A stretch of 50,154 bases of DNA, the filler included, from Trypethelium eluteriae (lineage: Eukaryota): NCBI GenBank assembly GCA_051942245.1. It is 2 parts of 2 records of this genome, joined end to end, with 100 filler letters (N's around TTAATTAATTAA, not from the genome) between each part and the next. Parts side by side here need not be neighbours in the genome. Positions count along the whole stretch, not along the records: positions 25,152 to 50,154 come from JAVECL010000385.1; 1 more part is not named here. The stretch is one strand, 5' to 3'. Positions 25,152 to 37,822 of the stretch are shown piece by piece. Each line of letters opens with the position of its first letter. Positions within the stretch are counted from its first letter, which is position 1. The notes under the pieces were generated by a model, which did not search any database, had not been told where the DNA came from, and worked only from the letters and a program-made list of their open reading frames with translations. The position numbers and the translations under genes were made by a program.

Positions 25152-25776
25152 TTCTCCCCCGTTTATCAATCTCCACATTCCGGAGAGCTTGCGCAGGGCA
25201 GGGCAAACTAGCCAAAATCGTTGGCTGCGAGGATTGGACGGACAAGAATACCGGTTTTTCCGGATGGAATCACCACGCGCATGCACAATGCATTCATTCG
25301 TACGTCAAGTTTGATATGATACAAATACACCGATTCTACCCGCAAACGAATGAGCTCGTGGATGAAAAGCACAATCAAACACGATGTCATCTCATACAGT
25401 GGACAGAGCCAGCCATGATTTCGCACAAGTCACGCTACCCAAACGCCGTCGACGGAACATCAATCTTTGAATGACCCGCCATGCATTCCCAACAGAATGT
25501 CAATACTATCGATTGAAGCTTCCCGATGTGTGATGTGTTTCCGAACCAATATGCACACCTATGAACCCCCCAAATGCCCAAGAACGCTGCAGGATGTTCG
25601 GACAGTTGCATGAACTGGAATGAAGAGAGGAGAAACATGCGCGATATCCACCCCTTTAGGAGGAAATGGGACAAACGCGAGTTTGTCTCGCTAGAAAACG
25701 AAAGCGAAGAACGCAGGTGTGGATTTGGTCTGATTGCTTTCAGTTGATGAATTTTAGATGACCCGTCGCGGTCTGA

Positions 25777-27182
25777 TTATCCCGAAGCGGAGCGACGGCT
25801 TCCTGGCCGATTGAAGGCTTCGTTGATGAGTCGTTTTGGACCCACATATTCGACATTCGATTTTCGGGACGTGCCAGGAATCAGAATTCGCTTGCTGTGT
25901 TTCGAGTGGAAACGGCGTTTGATGCAGTCATCAACTAGCGCAACTAAGCCGGTGGCGACGAGGACGCTAGAATCATCAGGAACTGCCTTTTAAAGGATTA
26001 TGTTGGCGAAATGACTTACTCTGAGGCGTCAGTGGCATTGCTGACGATCTTTTCGTCGGTGATCCACATGGAGCAGGGCGGAACCCATCCGCCTTTGGCG
26101 ATCTCCTCTTCGGATTCCGTGGAGGACAAGACCTCCGGAACAATGCGAGCAATAGAATGATTACTCCCACTCAGCATGAGATAATAAGATACTTCCCTGG
26201 TAGGTCCGTCTTTTTTGATTGTACGTTTCCACGAGTAATGGGAACCCCAGTACTCAAATTCGTAGCGCTTGCCTCCTTTGCCGCTATGTCTCTTGACATC
26301 CACTTGAGCGTAATTGGAGAACTCAAGCCTTGTAGTATTTGTCGGAAGTGAAACGGAAGCATTCTTCTGCGCATCGCCGTCAGAAGTTCCAGGTCGCGAG
26401 GCTTTGCCAGCTGTCTCGCTGGGTATAGATCCGTAGCCGGAATCATTCCGCTTCAGTCCTGACATAGTGTACGTTTTGTTATCTGACTTTGTCCGGTGGA
26501 ATGCACCGCTGATTGTGTTGGTAAGGGATCGCTGGAAGGTTGGTCTCCTTTCTGCGGCCGGTTTCTGATATTTTCGGACAGAATGGCATACTTCTCGTCC
26601 CGATTCGCGACAGTAGCGACGTAATGAGAACTCGCGATTCTTCAAATCGTGCATGCGAAGATGGAAGAGTTGAATATCCCGTTTCCGTCCACTGGTTGTG
26701 TTGACTTCGGTGTCTATCCGTAAATTCATATTCCCATCGATGGTGGTGTCATCGTGGTTAATGGTCAACCTCCTTGAGGACGGAAAGAGCGCTGAGAAGT
26801 CCGCTGGAGTCGCTGGTAACGCATCCGAATAAGAGACCTCGTGCGTAAACTCCGGCACTTCGTAGACAGGATCTTCCTCCTCTTGTGACTCCTCATCGGA
26901 GGGAATGGTAGATGTATACGTCTCCACGGAACTTCTTGGATCATCAATAGACTCTGGCTCTTCCGAGAGCTGTCCCACTTGGCTGTCAAATTTTGATATC
27001 CACGGATCATTTCCCGACAAAGACGGTCGATTGCTATATTCGGTGGGTGCAGTACTTCTTGACTTGTATGATTGCTCGCCATCACTGGCCGAAGAGCCCA
27101 CGCTGTCCTCGCTGGTGTCGGTACGACGCCGTGAAACTCCAACCATCTCCGAGTTCGAGTCGTAAAAGGTAATGTGAGGCAT
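25777..27182 (-). CDS. Conserved fungal hypothetical protein; exons 27182-26020, 25966-25777
   Basis: Ser/acidic disordered N-terminus, then HDDTTIDGNMNLRIDT, LFHLRMHDLKNREFSLRRYCRESGREVCHS, LEFSNYAQV and KGGWVPPCSMWI. Intron 25967-26019 (GTAAGT...CTGAT...TAG) leads to exon 2 DVLVATGLVALVDDCIKRRFH...EYVGPKRLINEAF. Confidence 0.85.
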
Positions 27183-30100
27183 GTCTGAATCGGTCAGATG
27201 GGTCGGTAGGTGCAGGGAAAAAGACGTTCTTCAATGCTCGGACCAGCGGTTCGACGAGAGGATTGTAGTGGTGGTACAGTTTCACAGCGGAAGCAGACGT
27301 GACGGCTGATGTTACGCGATACGACTCTTGTGTCTCTGAAAAAACAAAGCCATGGTGCAGAAAAGGCGTTTCACACGAGCATCGCAGTTCTTCTTTCGAG
27401 ATTCGACACAGTAAGTCGCAACGTTCCAGCTGGACACAAGAGGGAATCTCGGCGCTTTTAGCGGAACGTCAACCGAAGATGCTGCCTGTGTCAACATGCA
27501 TCCCAGCCACGGTTGGACTATCCATGCCATGCCGCAATACCCAGCAACGCTGATTCGCCGGCTCTCGCCCGTTTCTCGGCGCGGGCGCGTGGGCGTACGC
27601 CAATTGCGTCTCGTGAGCTGGGTCTGGCCCCGATTACTTGTTCGATCTTCGTCTGCGATGACCAAGCTTAGTCTGCTACTCTTCTGTCCTTCTCGAATAG
27701 TCCCCATCGCATCCAGTCATCCCCCGCGGTACCTGGGCGCAGTGGGTCATTGCTGCGGCGACCCTCAGCGCGCCACGCGTTGGCTTCCTATCCAACGACC
27801 ATTTGGCGGATATGGGATGGTAAAGAATATTGTCGACTAAAGGATGTCTATCCCTATGTCATTCTTCAGCTGTCAAGATGCATGAGGCTGCAACTTGAGA
27901 TGCGGACGAGCGTTGTCGCTGCGGGGATATGCCAGCGCAGCAAGCTGGTTTGGCTAGGAAAGGCTGGTCAAAAGCCGGCAGATCATGCCTCTGCCTGGAG
28001 AAAGCGTCCTTGTCGGCCCTCCCGCGCGTCCCGCCGCAAGCACATTTAGGTCCTATATCACCTTTCTTTTTCTGGCTACACTCCGTCTCCCTCCCAAGCC
28101 GTCTGTTTTCGCGCCAAGATGGTAAGAGTATGGTTATAGGGAGCCATATATGGCGATCTACACTAGAGCCTCGATTCCTCCGCGGTGCCGAATCTGCTCC
28201 AAACAAGCGCTCCTTGGTAATTGAGGGAGAAAAGGTTGGCTTGGTTCAGTGAGAAATTGGGTGCTTTCTAATGCGATTCAAGATTATGGAGTACGGAGTA
28301 CAGGGGCCTGGTTTCTCCAGCCACTCCAACACAACGGACACGCATGCAGATACGTACTTCTAAAACCTACGCGATAATTTGGATCATGACTAAACTGCTG
28401 ACGGCACTCACCCACTTCCAGCCTTTTGCACCTGGTAGGGCTGAGATTGCCTCCGAGAGTCGGCTTCAGAATTAGGTAGGTGCTCCGTATCTGCCCCGCT
28501 GTTTTCCTTTTGATTTCCAGGTGTTCGAGCACGATGTTACCAGCTATGCACCATGCCCGGCACCTTACGGCAGTACAGTCTCTTCCATTGATTATGACTT
28601 GTTCCCAAGCCCTATAAGCCTTTTCGGTCGGCTCTACGGTGCATACGTGCAAAATCAAAAGTATGTGAGGAGATTTACTCGTCTAAAACCCTTCGCCATG
28701 CAAGCACAATCGTTGGTGGATGACTCAGCCTTCAGGCTCTTCCGGAAGGATGATCCTTCTGACTCCGACCAGATGTCGTTTCGAAATCGTATACTCCGTA
28801 CCACGTTGGAACCTGCATGGCGTCCGTATTGCCCCACGTATCAGAGGGTAAGATCCAAAATTATCCTAACCCGCAATATCCCACGCACTGCTGCAGATTC
28901 ATTCCTTCGAGCAGCACCACCGACGCCGTAGGCAAATTATGCCTTGCGGTACCCCCGATTGGAGTGAGGCTCTTGCCGTCCGCTTCGACCCGCATAATAA
29001 GTGCCGTTCCCGCTATCGGCTTTGTGCCTGATTGCTCAATATTGACCAATCAGAAGCACCAGATATATGACTTCTCTCGCAGGTAGTCAGCCAGCTATTG
29101 ACCAAGGAACAAGGCGCAACACTGGCTGACACTAGTCGTCACTGCACTGCATCTCTACGAATGGAGAATGTTCCCACTTGAGCATTTCTCCCCGCTTCAA
29201 AACAATGCTTCCGCACAGATAGGTGGGGCCAAGACCCCTGCATTAAGACGCATGTCCCTCAAGGATGGAGGCAGAGATCGCCTAACTGTATCACCGTATC
29301 CTCGCACATCCTGAGCACCACTCCGGTAACTAGCGATGTACAAGTTTGCAGACATGATGCGAACCGGTCTTTATTCGGGTACGATTCAGCATCTTAGAGA
29401 CCATCTGCAGATCAACCTTTTCCAGGCACCTGTTCCACAAATCGCTGCACCTTCACGGATCCAGCTCAGAGCTAATGCGTGGCACACTCTTACTCCCCTT
29501 CACCCACACTACCCCCAGACTACAACGACGTGAAGGATTCTCGCAATAAGGACATTTGCTCAAGGACGTATGCTTCCTTCACGCGTAGATTAATTTGTTA
29601 CTGCTTCTCAGCATGCAGGGCTCGCCCCTTTTGGCTAGATTGCAGATTCATAAGGTTTGACGGCCATGCTAAGAATTAGATAGGCATGATCTATCGACCT
29701 CCTGGACGGCATCAAGCTGCAAGTTGTATCGTGTACTGAATCCTTTGATGCAGTTGGAAGTACCAGCTCATGACGAGCTACGAGACGGCAAGGTGACACG
29801 TACAGTCAGTCCCTCAAGCAGACTCTTCGCGTATCTTGCATATTAATGCCATCGATCCCCTCTTCCCATCCTGTTTTCAACCAGCCTACCATGATCATTT
29901 ACGCTTCCGATTAGTCGCCTACGTCCTTGAATCAGAAACCTTGTATCCTGCAGGACCATGAATCGGATCTGTCGTCTCGTACATACCGATGCGATGCCAC
30001 TCTGAGGTCCAACTACACTGCCTGCCAGGAACCCATCACACATCGACTGAAGGCCTGTTCCCTTTGCAGCCGCCTAATTGGACCAACCAATTGCCAGCTC

Positions 30101-32919
30101 AACCTGTCCGTACTTAAAGTACGGAAAACGTGTCCGTGACCATGTTGTTTTCGGGTACTGCTGATGCTTCATTAAACCGTGGAAGGCGCCACCAAAGTCA
30201 TGGGTCGGAAGTCAGCTTGATACGGGAGCTGGGAATCAAATTAACCATCGGTGACTTCGCTGCCCAAGGCATCTTCAGGTCTGTTACTAATGCCCATGGG
30301 TGAGGTGATCACTAGCGTTCCGAAAAGGAACCGATTTGCAGCTTGGATTTTGCCACTGACGTAACAATGATTACCGGTGTATCCGTTGGCAATGTAGTCA
30401 GTGCGGACGACTATCCCAGTCAGTAAAAGAGCGCTCTTATCACAATCAAGCATACAGTTCTGCGACTGCGAGAGGATATCAGCAACGACGACTGCATCAT
30501 GGACAAGGGCTATGAGCGGGATGAAAATCAGCTGGATATGCGATCAGCATGGGCTTGCTACGAAGATCAAGGCAAGACCCAATTCTAAGATCTCTTATTG
30601 GAATTTGGAATGCAGTCTTTGTTGTAAAGATCTATTGAGTTTGGATCCCTACTGACACTCGTGTTTGATAGGTGCTTCAGAGCTTGCCTCTCCTATCGTC
30701 TGACCAGACCTAAATGAGGGTGCCTTTCTAATGACAGAAGACACACAAAGTCAGATACTGTACCGCTACACGAGAGACCATGTTGTCATCAACCTATGCC
30801 AATGAGTCGACTATGATCTGTGCCGTTGGAAGAAATACTACTAGCCGCATAACCTAGAATACCATCTCCGCCTTTGAGCAAAACTCCGTAGTCGTTCGGT
30901 ATCGCAGATCGCTCCGCGTTATGGATACCTTGATTCTTGGACCGGAAGTAATGACCATTCCACATACTCGTCTGATATAAACCATTTCAATGATTGTACT
31001 AATAGCACGCGGGTCTCAGCAGGATCTATGTGGCTATACCCCATCAAAGGACAACCATAGCATCCCTATCCAGCAACTTGAAAAACCCCCAATCCGACTT
31101 CCCTTCGCTGCAGCAAGACCACTATTCTGCCGTGCCGCCAATCCATACCAGGTCGCAGGCTATGTCTCGATGCTGAGACTCGCTTGAAACAAATTCTTGA
31201 TATTATGGGCCACGCTCTGTTCAGATCCAAAATAAGAAAAGAATAATAAACAAATAAAGAACAGGAAAAAAAGAAAGAATGAGAGAAAGCACTCAATTCA
31301 TGCGCTCGCGAGTTTCTTGTGTACCTTTTTGCTTGAGATACCTGGGTCATCAAATGAACCCGATCTCCTCATTCTTTTCAACTCGCATTTGCCTTACCTG
31401 ACTCGTCGGTGATAATCTCGATTTGATCTTCTAGATTGCTTTCCTACGAGTCATCACTAGCAGACTCGGCCAACTTGGCGTAGCTTTAGCCTACTAGCTT
31501 TGGCCAGCCCTCCGCTATGGGCAGTTTCTCTTCTGTTTAACATCATTGTACAATTTCGGACCCGTCGGAAGTGCTTTAGACAGTCGTTTCAGCTTGCGTG
31601 CTTGTTTCCTACGCTTTCTAGTGCAGAACAATATAGCTATGTCGCACAGCTCATTCCATCTCCCATGTGATGAAGGTGAGGCTACGTATTCGTCCATGAC
31701 TTTACATCTCTAGCTATGCGGCGGAGTCGAGCTTGAGATGAAACCTGCTGGCAGCAGCCGTTCTACGTGCACTAGTTATAGATGTCGAATCGCCTCTGGA
31801 TTAATGCTAGAGGAGATGACCTCCTCTGTGGACTCGGTCTCAATATGTATCGCTCACTACCTTCTGTGGAGGCCAGCTGATGCATGGCACTTTCCTCTGA
31901 GTCTGGTGCAGAGCAAAATGCCAGCATTGCGATCCCTTGAAATACCCAGTGGCTCGTAGTAATATCGAGACCTTTTCAGATGCCTGCTAGGCCGATCATG
32001 GGTATCTACGGTGCTGTTGATGCGTAGGCAACAGAGGCATAATGGAATTTTGGCAACTCATCAAATCTCCCAATAAGCGTAGTGACTTTGGAAAATGTCT
32101 TTTTATTTGAGCCTCAGCAATGAAAAAGAGGATTCAGAGCGGTATTCTGAACAAAAGATGGCGTGAGGTAATAGATATACTGAAGAGTTCGCTGGTTGTT
32201 CCTTGAAGAAAACATCTGCTTGGCTCCTAAGACAAGCGTTGAACTATGGATGATTCTCGACTGTACATGGTCGCCATTACTCCAAGACAGAAAAATTCGC
32301 ACGGGTATGTCGAGCTAGTTTGAGTCGTACACTACGTGACCACCTGTACAAGGATAGTGGCGAAGTCGATGTCATTTTGCGCAAGAGTTAAGGCGATCTT
32401 TAGAGTCTTGACGCTCCTTCATGAATGAAACATGGTTTTATCATTCAAGACATTGTTAAGACGCATAAAACTTGACAGAGCGTGATTGATTTTGGCATCC
32501 TCGATCTACGGGTCTCTGTTCCTTTCAGCATTAGCATTGAGGTCCTCGAGATAGTTCTCAAGACGCGATGCGTGCGAAGCCAACGCAGGGGTTGTTCGAT
32601 CGTCTTCAACCGGTTTGTCTTTCCTCAAAAATCAAGCAAGTTTTTGGGCTGGCGTTCGTTTCAAAGAGGTGTGGCTCGCGAGAGAAGTTTCGGACTGGCT
32701 CGGAACGCCCGCGACACCCCACCGGTTGGTGGGTTAGGATCAAACGGGAAGGCAAGGATGACGCCGTCGACCCTGCCTCAGGATGCGCTAAGCTAAGGTT
32801 GCCTGTGCCATCAAGCACTGAATATCTCAGGATAGACTTGCTCCGTACAAAGCCTTCAACTGCTCCTATGCTGAAGCTTTCTCCGTCCTTGAGGAGATTC
32901 AGAATTTTCGATAGCCACC

Positions 32920-34179
32920 ATGAAAGCAGCGACCTTCGTGCTACTGGCAAACGTCATTGCGACTGCCGCGAGCGTAATACCCGGCACAGACCAGACCCCG
33001 TTGAAGGACGATGCGAAGGAGCCTGAGGAGAGATACCTCATTGAACTTGGTCCTGATGATTTGCGATGGGTTACAGAAGACGAAAAATGGAGGATACGAA
33101 GGGTGAGTCTTGTTTTCCCCACTGCGAGACGTGGTAGCCTCCCTCTTTCGAGCGCCACCAGTTTTCCGCATTGCGCTCATGCGAAGATATGTTAGTCTGG
33201 CCGTATGTTCTTCGATATCACCGATGATACCTATTTCGGACACGATCCAGTCCCTACAAAGCAAGCGACCTTTCCGTCCAAGCCATCCTTCAATTCGAGC
33301 ATAGCACCTCTACTGCCCTTGCTCTCTGAGAAGCAAATGCATGAAAACCTTGAAGAATTTACGTCCTTTCATACACGATATTACAAGTCAGGATATGGAG
33401 CGAAGTCCTCAGCCTGGCTTCTCAATCGCGTCAATGAGACTCTCAATTCTACAGGAGCACTGAAACATGGGGCGTCTGTCAGACCGTTTGAGCATCCATG
33501 GGGTCAAAGTAGCATCATCGCGACATTACCTGGCAGGATGGACAGGACTGTCGTGATCGGCGCCCACCAAGACTCAATCAACCTCTTCCTTCCATCAATC
33601 CTCGCCGCGCCTGGCGCGGATGACGATGGCTCCGGTACCGTCACAATCCTTGAAGCCATGCGTGTGCTTCTCTCCAACTCCTCCGAAATCCTCAGCTCCG
33701 GTAACATGACCAACACTCTCGAGTTCCACTGGTACAGCGCAGAGGAAGGTGGTCTGCTCGGTAGCCAGGCCATCTTCTCCAACTACAGCCGAGAAGGTCG
33801 GGATGTTCGGGCTATGCTGCAACAAGACATGACGGGCTATGTGCAGAAGACGCTCGACGCAGGCGAGCCCGAGTCCGTGGGAGTCATCACCGATTACGTT
33901 TCGCCGTCTCTTACGGATTTCATCAAGAAGGTAGTAGACACCTACTGTGAGATTCCATATGTGGAGACGAAATGTGGATATGCTTGCTCGGATCATGCGA
34001 GTGCGAGCAAGGCAGGGTACCCGAGCGCGTTCGTAATTGAGAGCGATTTCAAGTATTCGGATCAGAAGATTCATACCACGGAGGACAAACTGGAGTATCT
34101 CAGCTTTTCACACATGGTGCAGCATGCGAGATTGACGTTGGGTCTAGCATGGGAATTGTCCATGGCAGATTTCGATTAG
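32920..34179 (+). CDS. LAP1: Secreted leucine aminopeptidase 1 (peptidase M28); exons 32920-33102, 33196-34179
   Basis: Signal peptide and propeptide YLIELGP...WVTEDEKW. Zinc-ligand motifs [38 protein letters not shown] and IHT. Intron 33103-33195 (GTGAGT...TAG) is in frame. Confidence 0.95.
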
Positions 34180-34727
34180 GGACGGGAGTATCTGAAGTTA
34201 GATAATGCATCGGGTGGAAGTCCATCTATTGTGGAGAATCGCACCCGACTAAAGTGATGTATCCTGTTGTCTGGAGGCAGTCTTTCGATGGGCGTTTGAA
34301 CATCGTGTACAGCATATGGTCAGCATAAGGGGCTGCGTTCTGCTTCCAGCTTCAGAGCGCGCTTCAAATATTCATATATTGATATTGATACGGAGGTACG
34401 GCTGACTGCCGATGCCGCTCTTCTGAATGAAGCGTGCGAGCACTGGGATTGACGGGGGTGGCAAGCAGGTCCATGCGTGCACGCTTTCGCGATGCCGATT
34501 GGCGATCCTCAACATCTCGTCCCGCATCATGACTCGACTTGATGCGACTCTGACTGCCTGGACTCATCAACTACCTGTTGCTTGGAATCACCGTTTCCAT
34601 TTTGTATTTCACTTTGTCATTCTTCTTTGTCTTCCACGAATCCTTGGATCCTGTTACATATACTGAATTGTATTTATTTGTATTTATAGATCGTTGCTAC
34701 CCAAGTCTCCAGTAAGACCAGATAAGC

Positions 34728-36029
34728 ATGGCCATTCACTCTACCTCCATCCCTATCCGCGGCCAGCAGGCTTCAGCGCATTCGCAGGCCCCAGCTGACC
34801 CTCACGACGTCGAAACATGGGCCCAGCAAGCGACAGATCATCTAAGAGCTTTGAACCTTTCCGCGACTACGTATCCACCTCCCATGGAAAGCGGAGTCCG
34901 CGGCACCTCTATCTCCCTGCAGATCCCTCTCGATGAACCTGCCCACACCTCTCACGTTCTACGCGACCCGCGCGCCCGACCACCTGGAGCTTCAGCTGAA
35001 GATGGCGCCAAGCTTGGGGATAAAGAAGACAGGGAGGAGCAGAAGCAACAGGGGATAGGACTCGTACGTCGCCGATCATCTATCCAGCGCGATAGCATGA
35101 AGCGTCGGGAAGCGCTGCTCAAGGGCAAAGAAGGCAGTCGTCGGCGTCAGCGCTGGGAAAATGGTTGGTGATCCACTGCCAGGCCCTTGCCGTGCTTCGC
35201 AAGTTTGACGTATTGGTCATGTACAGATCATCTGCTCAACGTCCCCAATGCGCAGCCGCCGCTTCCGAGCGACTGGGAGATACGTCCAACGTATCCAGTG
35301 CGACACGTGCCGTACTTTCTTGCGCCGCTATGGGATGAACGCGCTGCCAAGCGTCCGAGTGCACTGAACGCTCGGCGTGCCGGTCTGCGCTCCAAGGATA
35401 AGCATCCAGCCGAGAGTATCAGCAAAGAAGCTGCGAAGGTTCAGAAAGAACTGCGGGCTAAGATGAAGAAAGCGAGGGGTGCGAAGAATTTGTTGATGGA
35501 CCTTGAAAAGACAGTGAGAGCGTTCATACAGAAGTGGGAAGAGAAGGAGGCTGAGCTTGAGCGCTCCGGAGCATTTGCCAATGATAAGAGATCCGATGTT
35601 GGTTCTTTGGATGAATGTGCTATAGATTCGGATGCGTCCGATGAAGAAATTGTATTTGTTGGAAGAGACCTGGCTATGAGGGACTTGAAACTCGAACAAG
35701 AACGAGAGGAAAAAAAGAGAAAGATGGAAGCTGAAGAGTCGAGAAGAGACAAGCTAGTGTTTGAGGGGTTGGTAGATGACCATGGCGCTGCTTTTGGGTA
35801 TGTGTTCTGACCTCCGCTCACCAGCAAAGTAACTCACCATGGGATATCTAGACGTTGGCTCGTACATTCAATCGGCGCGTATTATGGTCTCAGAACATGG
35901 TCCATCACCGTCGGGGATCCAGCGCGGCGCGAGGCTTATGTTGGCATTGCAGATGGAGTAGCTATAGGTAGGATGCGAGAATCATCTTCGCGCGTGCAGC
36001 TGCCAAAGCCACTATGGGTTACAGTTTGA
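34728..36029 (+). CDS. R3H-associated N-terminal domain / R3H nucleic-acid-binding protein; exons 34728-35163, 35227-35797, 35852-36029
   Basis: RDSMKRREALLKGKEGSRRRQRWEN|DHLLNVPNAQPPLPSDW...VPYFLAPLWD. Exon 3 (not in the track) reads RWLVHSIGAYYGLRTWSITVGDPARREAYVG, containing the RxxxH motif. Both introns are GT..AG and keep the frame. Confidence 0.88.
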
Positions 36030-37822
36030 GAACTTGTTTTGGAGAGAGACAGTATTCAATGGAGCATTCAGTGAGCTAAAATCATTGAGAGTTCCTTGGA
36101 TAGGGTGGATTGCTCACTGTTGAAGGCACCATTTCTACATAGATAAGTGGTCGAAACTTGACTTTGTGCGTAATTATATCTCCTGGTGATAACGTTGGCC
36201 TGGACCGTTGAACATCATCTTCTGTAAATGGCATTCAAGAGCAACATGCTTGGTCCAACTAGGTGTTGTTTAAGCATACGTATATAGGCTGGAAAGGACC
36301 AGAAGTTATTAACGATACTTTCAAAATTGCATGGATAATGCAACACACAGGTATACCGCGATTACATAATCAGTTTGAGCCCAACCAAACATCCCTACGC
36401 GCCCCGACGTAAAGTGCATTTAACCACGACCAAGACGCTGGCAAGGAACTTCACGTCCCTACAGGTCCAGCAATGTACTTCTCTCATGATTCTGGATATA
36501 CCAAGTCATCAATGTGTTACCACACCTTCATGGCGCCTATTGCAGCGCTATCGAGGCGAATATACACCCCACATGGTTTACTGGAGCCTGAAGAAGATGA
36601 CTATGTGTCGGAAGCCGTGTAAACTTAGTGATAAGGGACGAAATGAAAAAGTAAAATGGTTGGGCTGTGTGGGCCTTGGATGAAAATAGGCATGTAACTT
36701 CCCCTGGCGTCTCTCATACCTGATCGCGGAGAACCTATTGGACTTGAACCTCTGCAACATGGTGAAAATTTTCTCTAGGCGGCACCGATGACTTTGCTGA
36801 GTTCCTTTGGCTATCAAGTAGCATGTCTATCGGCATCTACAACCAAATAGCATCCACTGTCCATCACGGCAAGTATCAGCGATAGACACTAAGTTCTTTA
36901 TCTGACTAGAAGCGTCAAGTCATCCCACCGACTATAGAGAATGATTCACCCAGGTTAAGGCTAGCTTTTCTCCGTCTTCGTATCACCCTGACTATTCGCA
37001 TTCCTCTCTTCCTGGGCTAGATCTTTCTGGGACACACCTATCATACTTCTTCACACTCATTCGTAACTGGATCTATGCGGAGCGGAAACAAAGGCTTGTC
37101 TCACAATTATCTGAGCGTAATACGTACCTAAGCTTCTGCTTTTTTCACCTTCTACATCATTTTCTCGGAGTAGAAAACACCTCACATCAGATTCATCTTT
37201 CGGTTTCAAATTACACCCTTGCTTGGTGTAAACGAGGAAAGAGCCATTCCTGCTCAGATTCATTTGAACTCCTCACTTCGTACTAATTGCTGACCTCACT
37301 TCGGTTACACAGTACTCTCACGTCAGTAAGAGGGACACGAGCGCTTTTCATAGTTCACTTGAACTAGATTCGGAGCTCAGCATAAATCTCTAGTGCTTGG
37401 AGGGCTCCAAACAATCATATTAGGCCTCTATCGTTGCCGAATGTTTACTGATTCTTCACTAGCACTTTGCAACACGTCTTCATATCAGTTCATTTGATAC
37501 TTCTAACTCTGAATATCTCGATCTCACGACATCACGGTGCCAACAACCTGTGCTCTTCGATATTTAGTTTCTCGATCGAATTTTCACTGCTGGATTTTTT
37601 CTTTCTGAATCTGCATTTTGCAGATTACACTGGATATCCATTTCTTCAACTTGCAACAACGACTACTTTACCTGATTTCGCGGAATTGCTACCGTTAAGT
37701 CGGTTCCCACAATTGTTCTATCGTTTGAGCACATCTTCGAACCCTAGTCAACCTCAACTCTGGTGCATTACCAACGTCAATATCCTACTGAGAAAACGAG
37801 ACAGCGAAACTCCGCTACTGCC

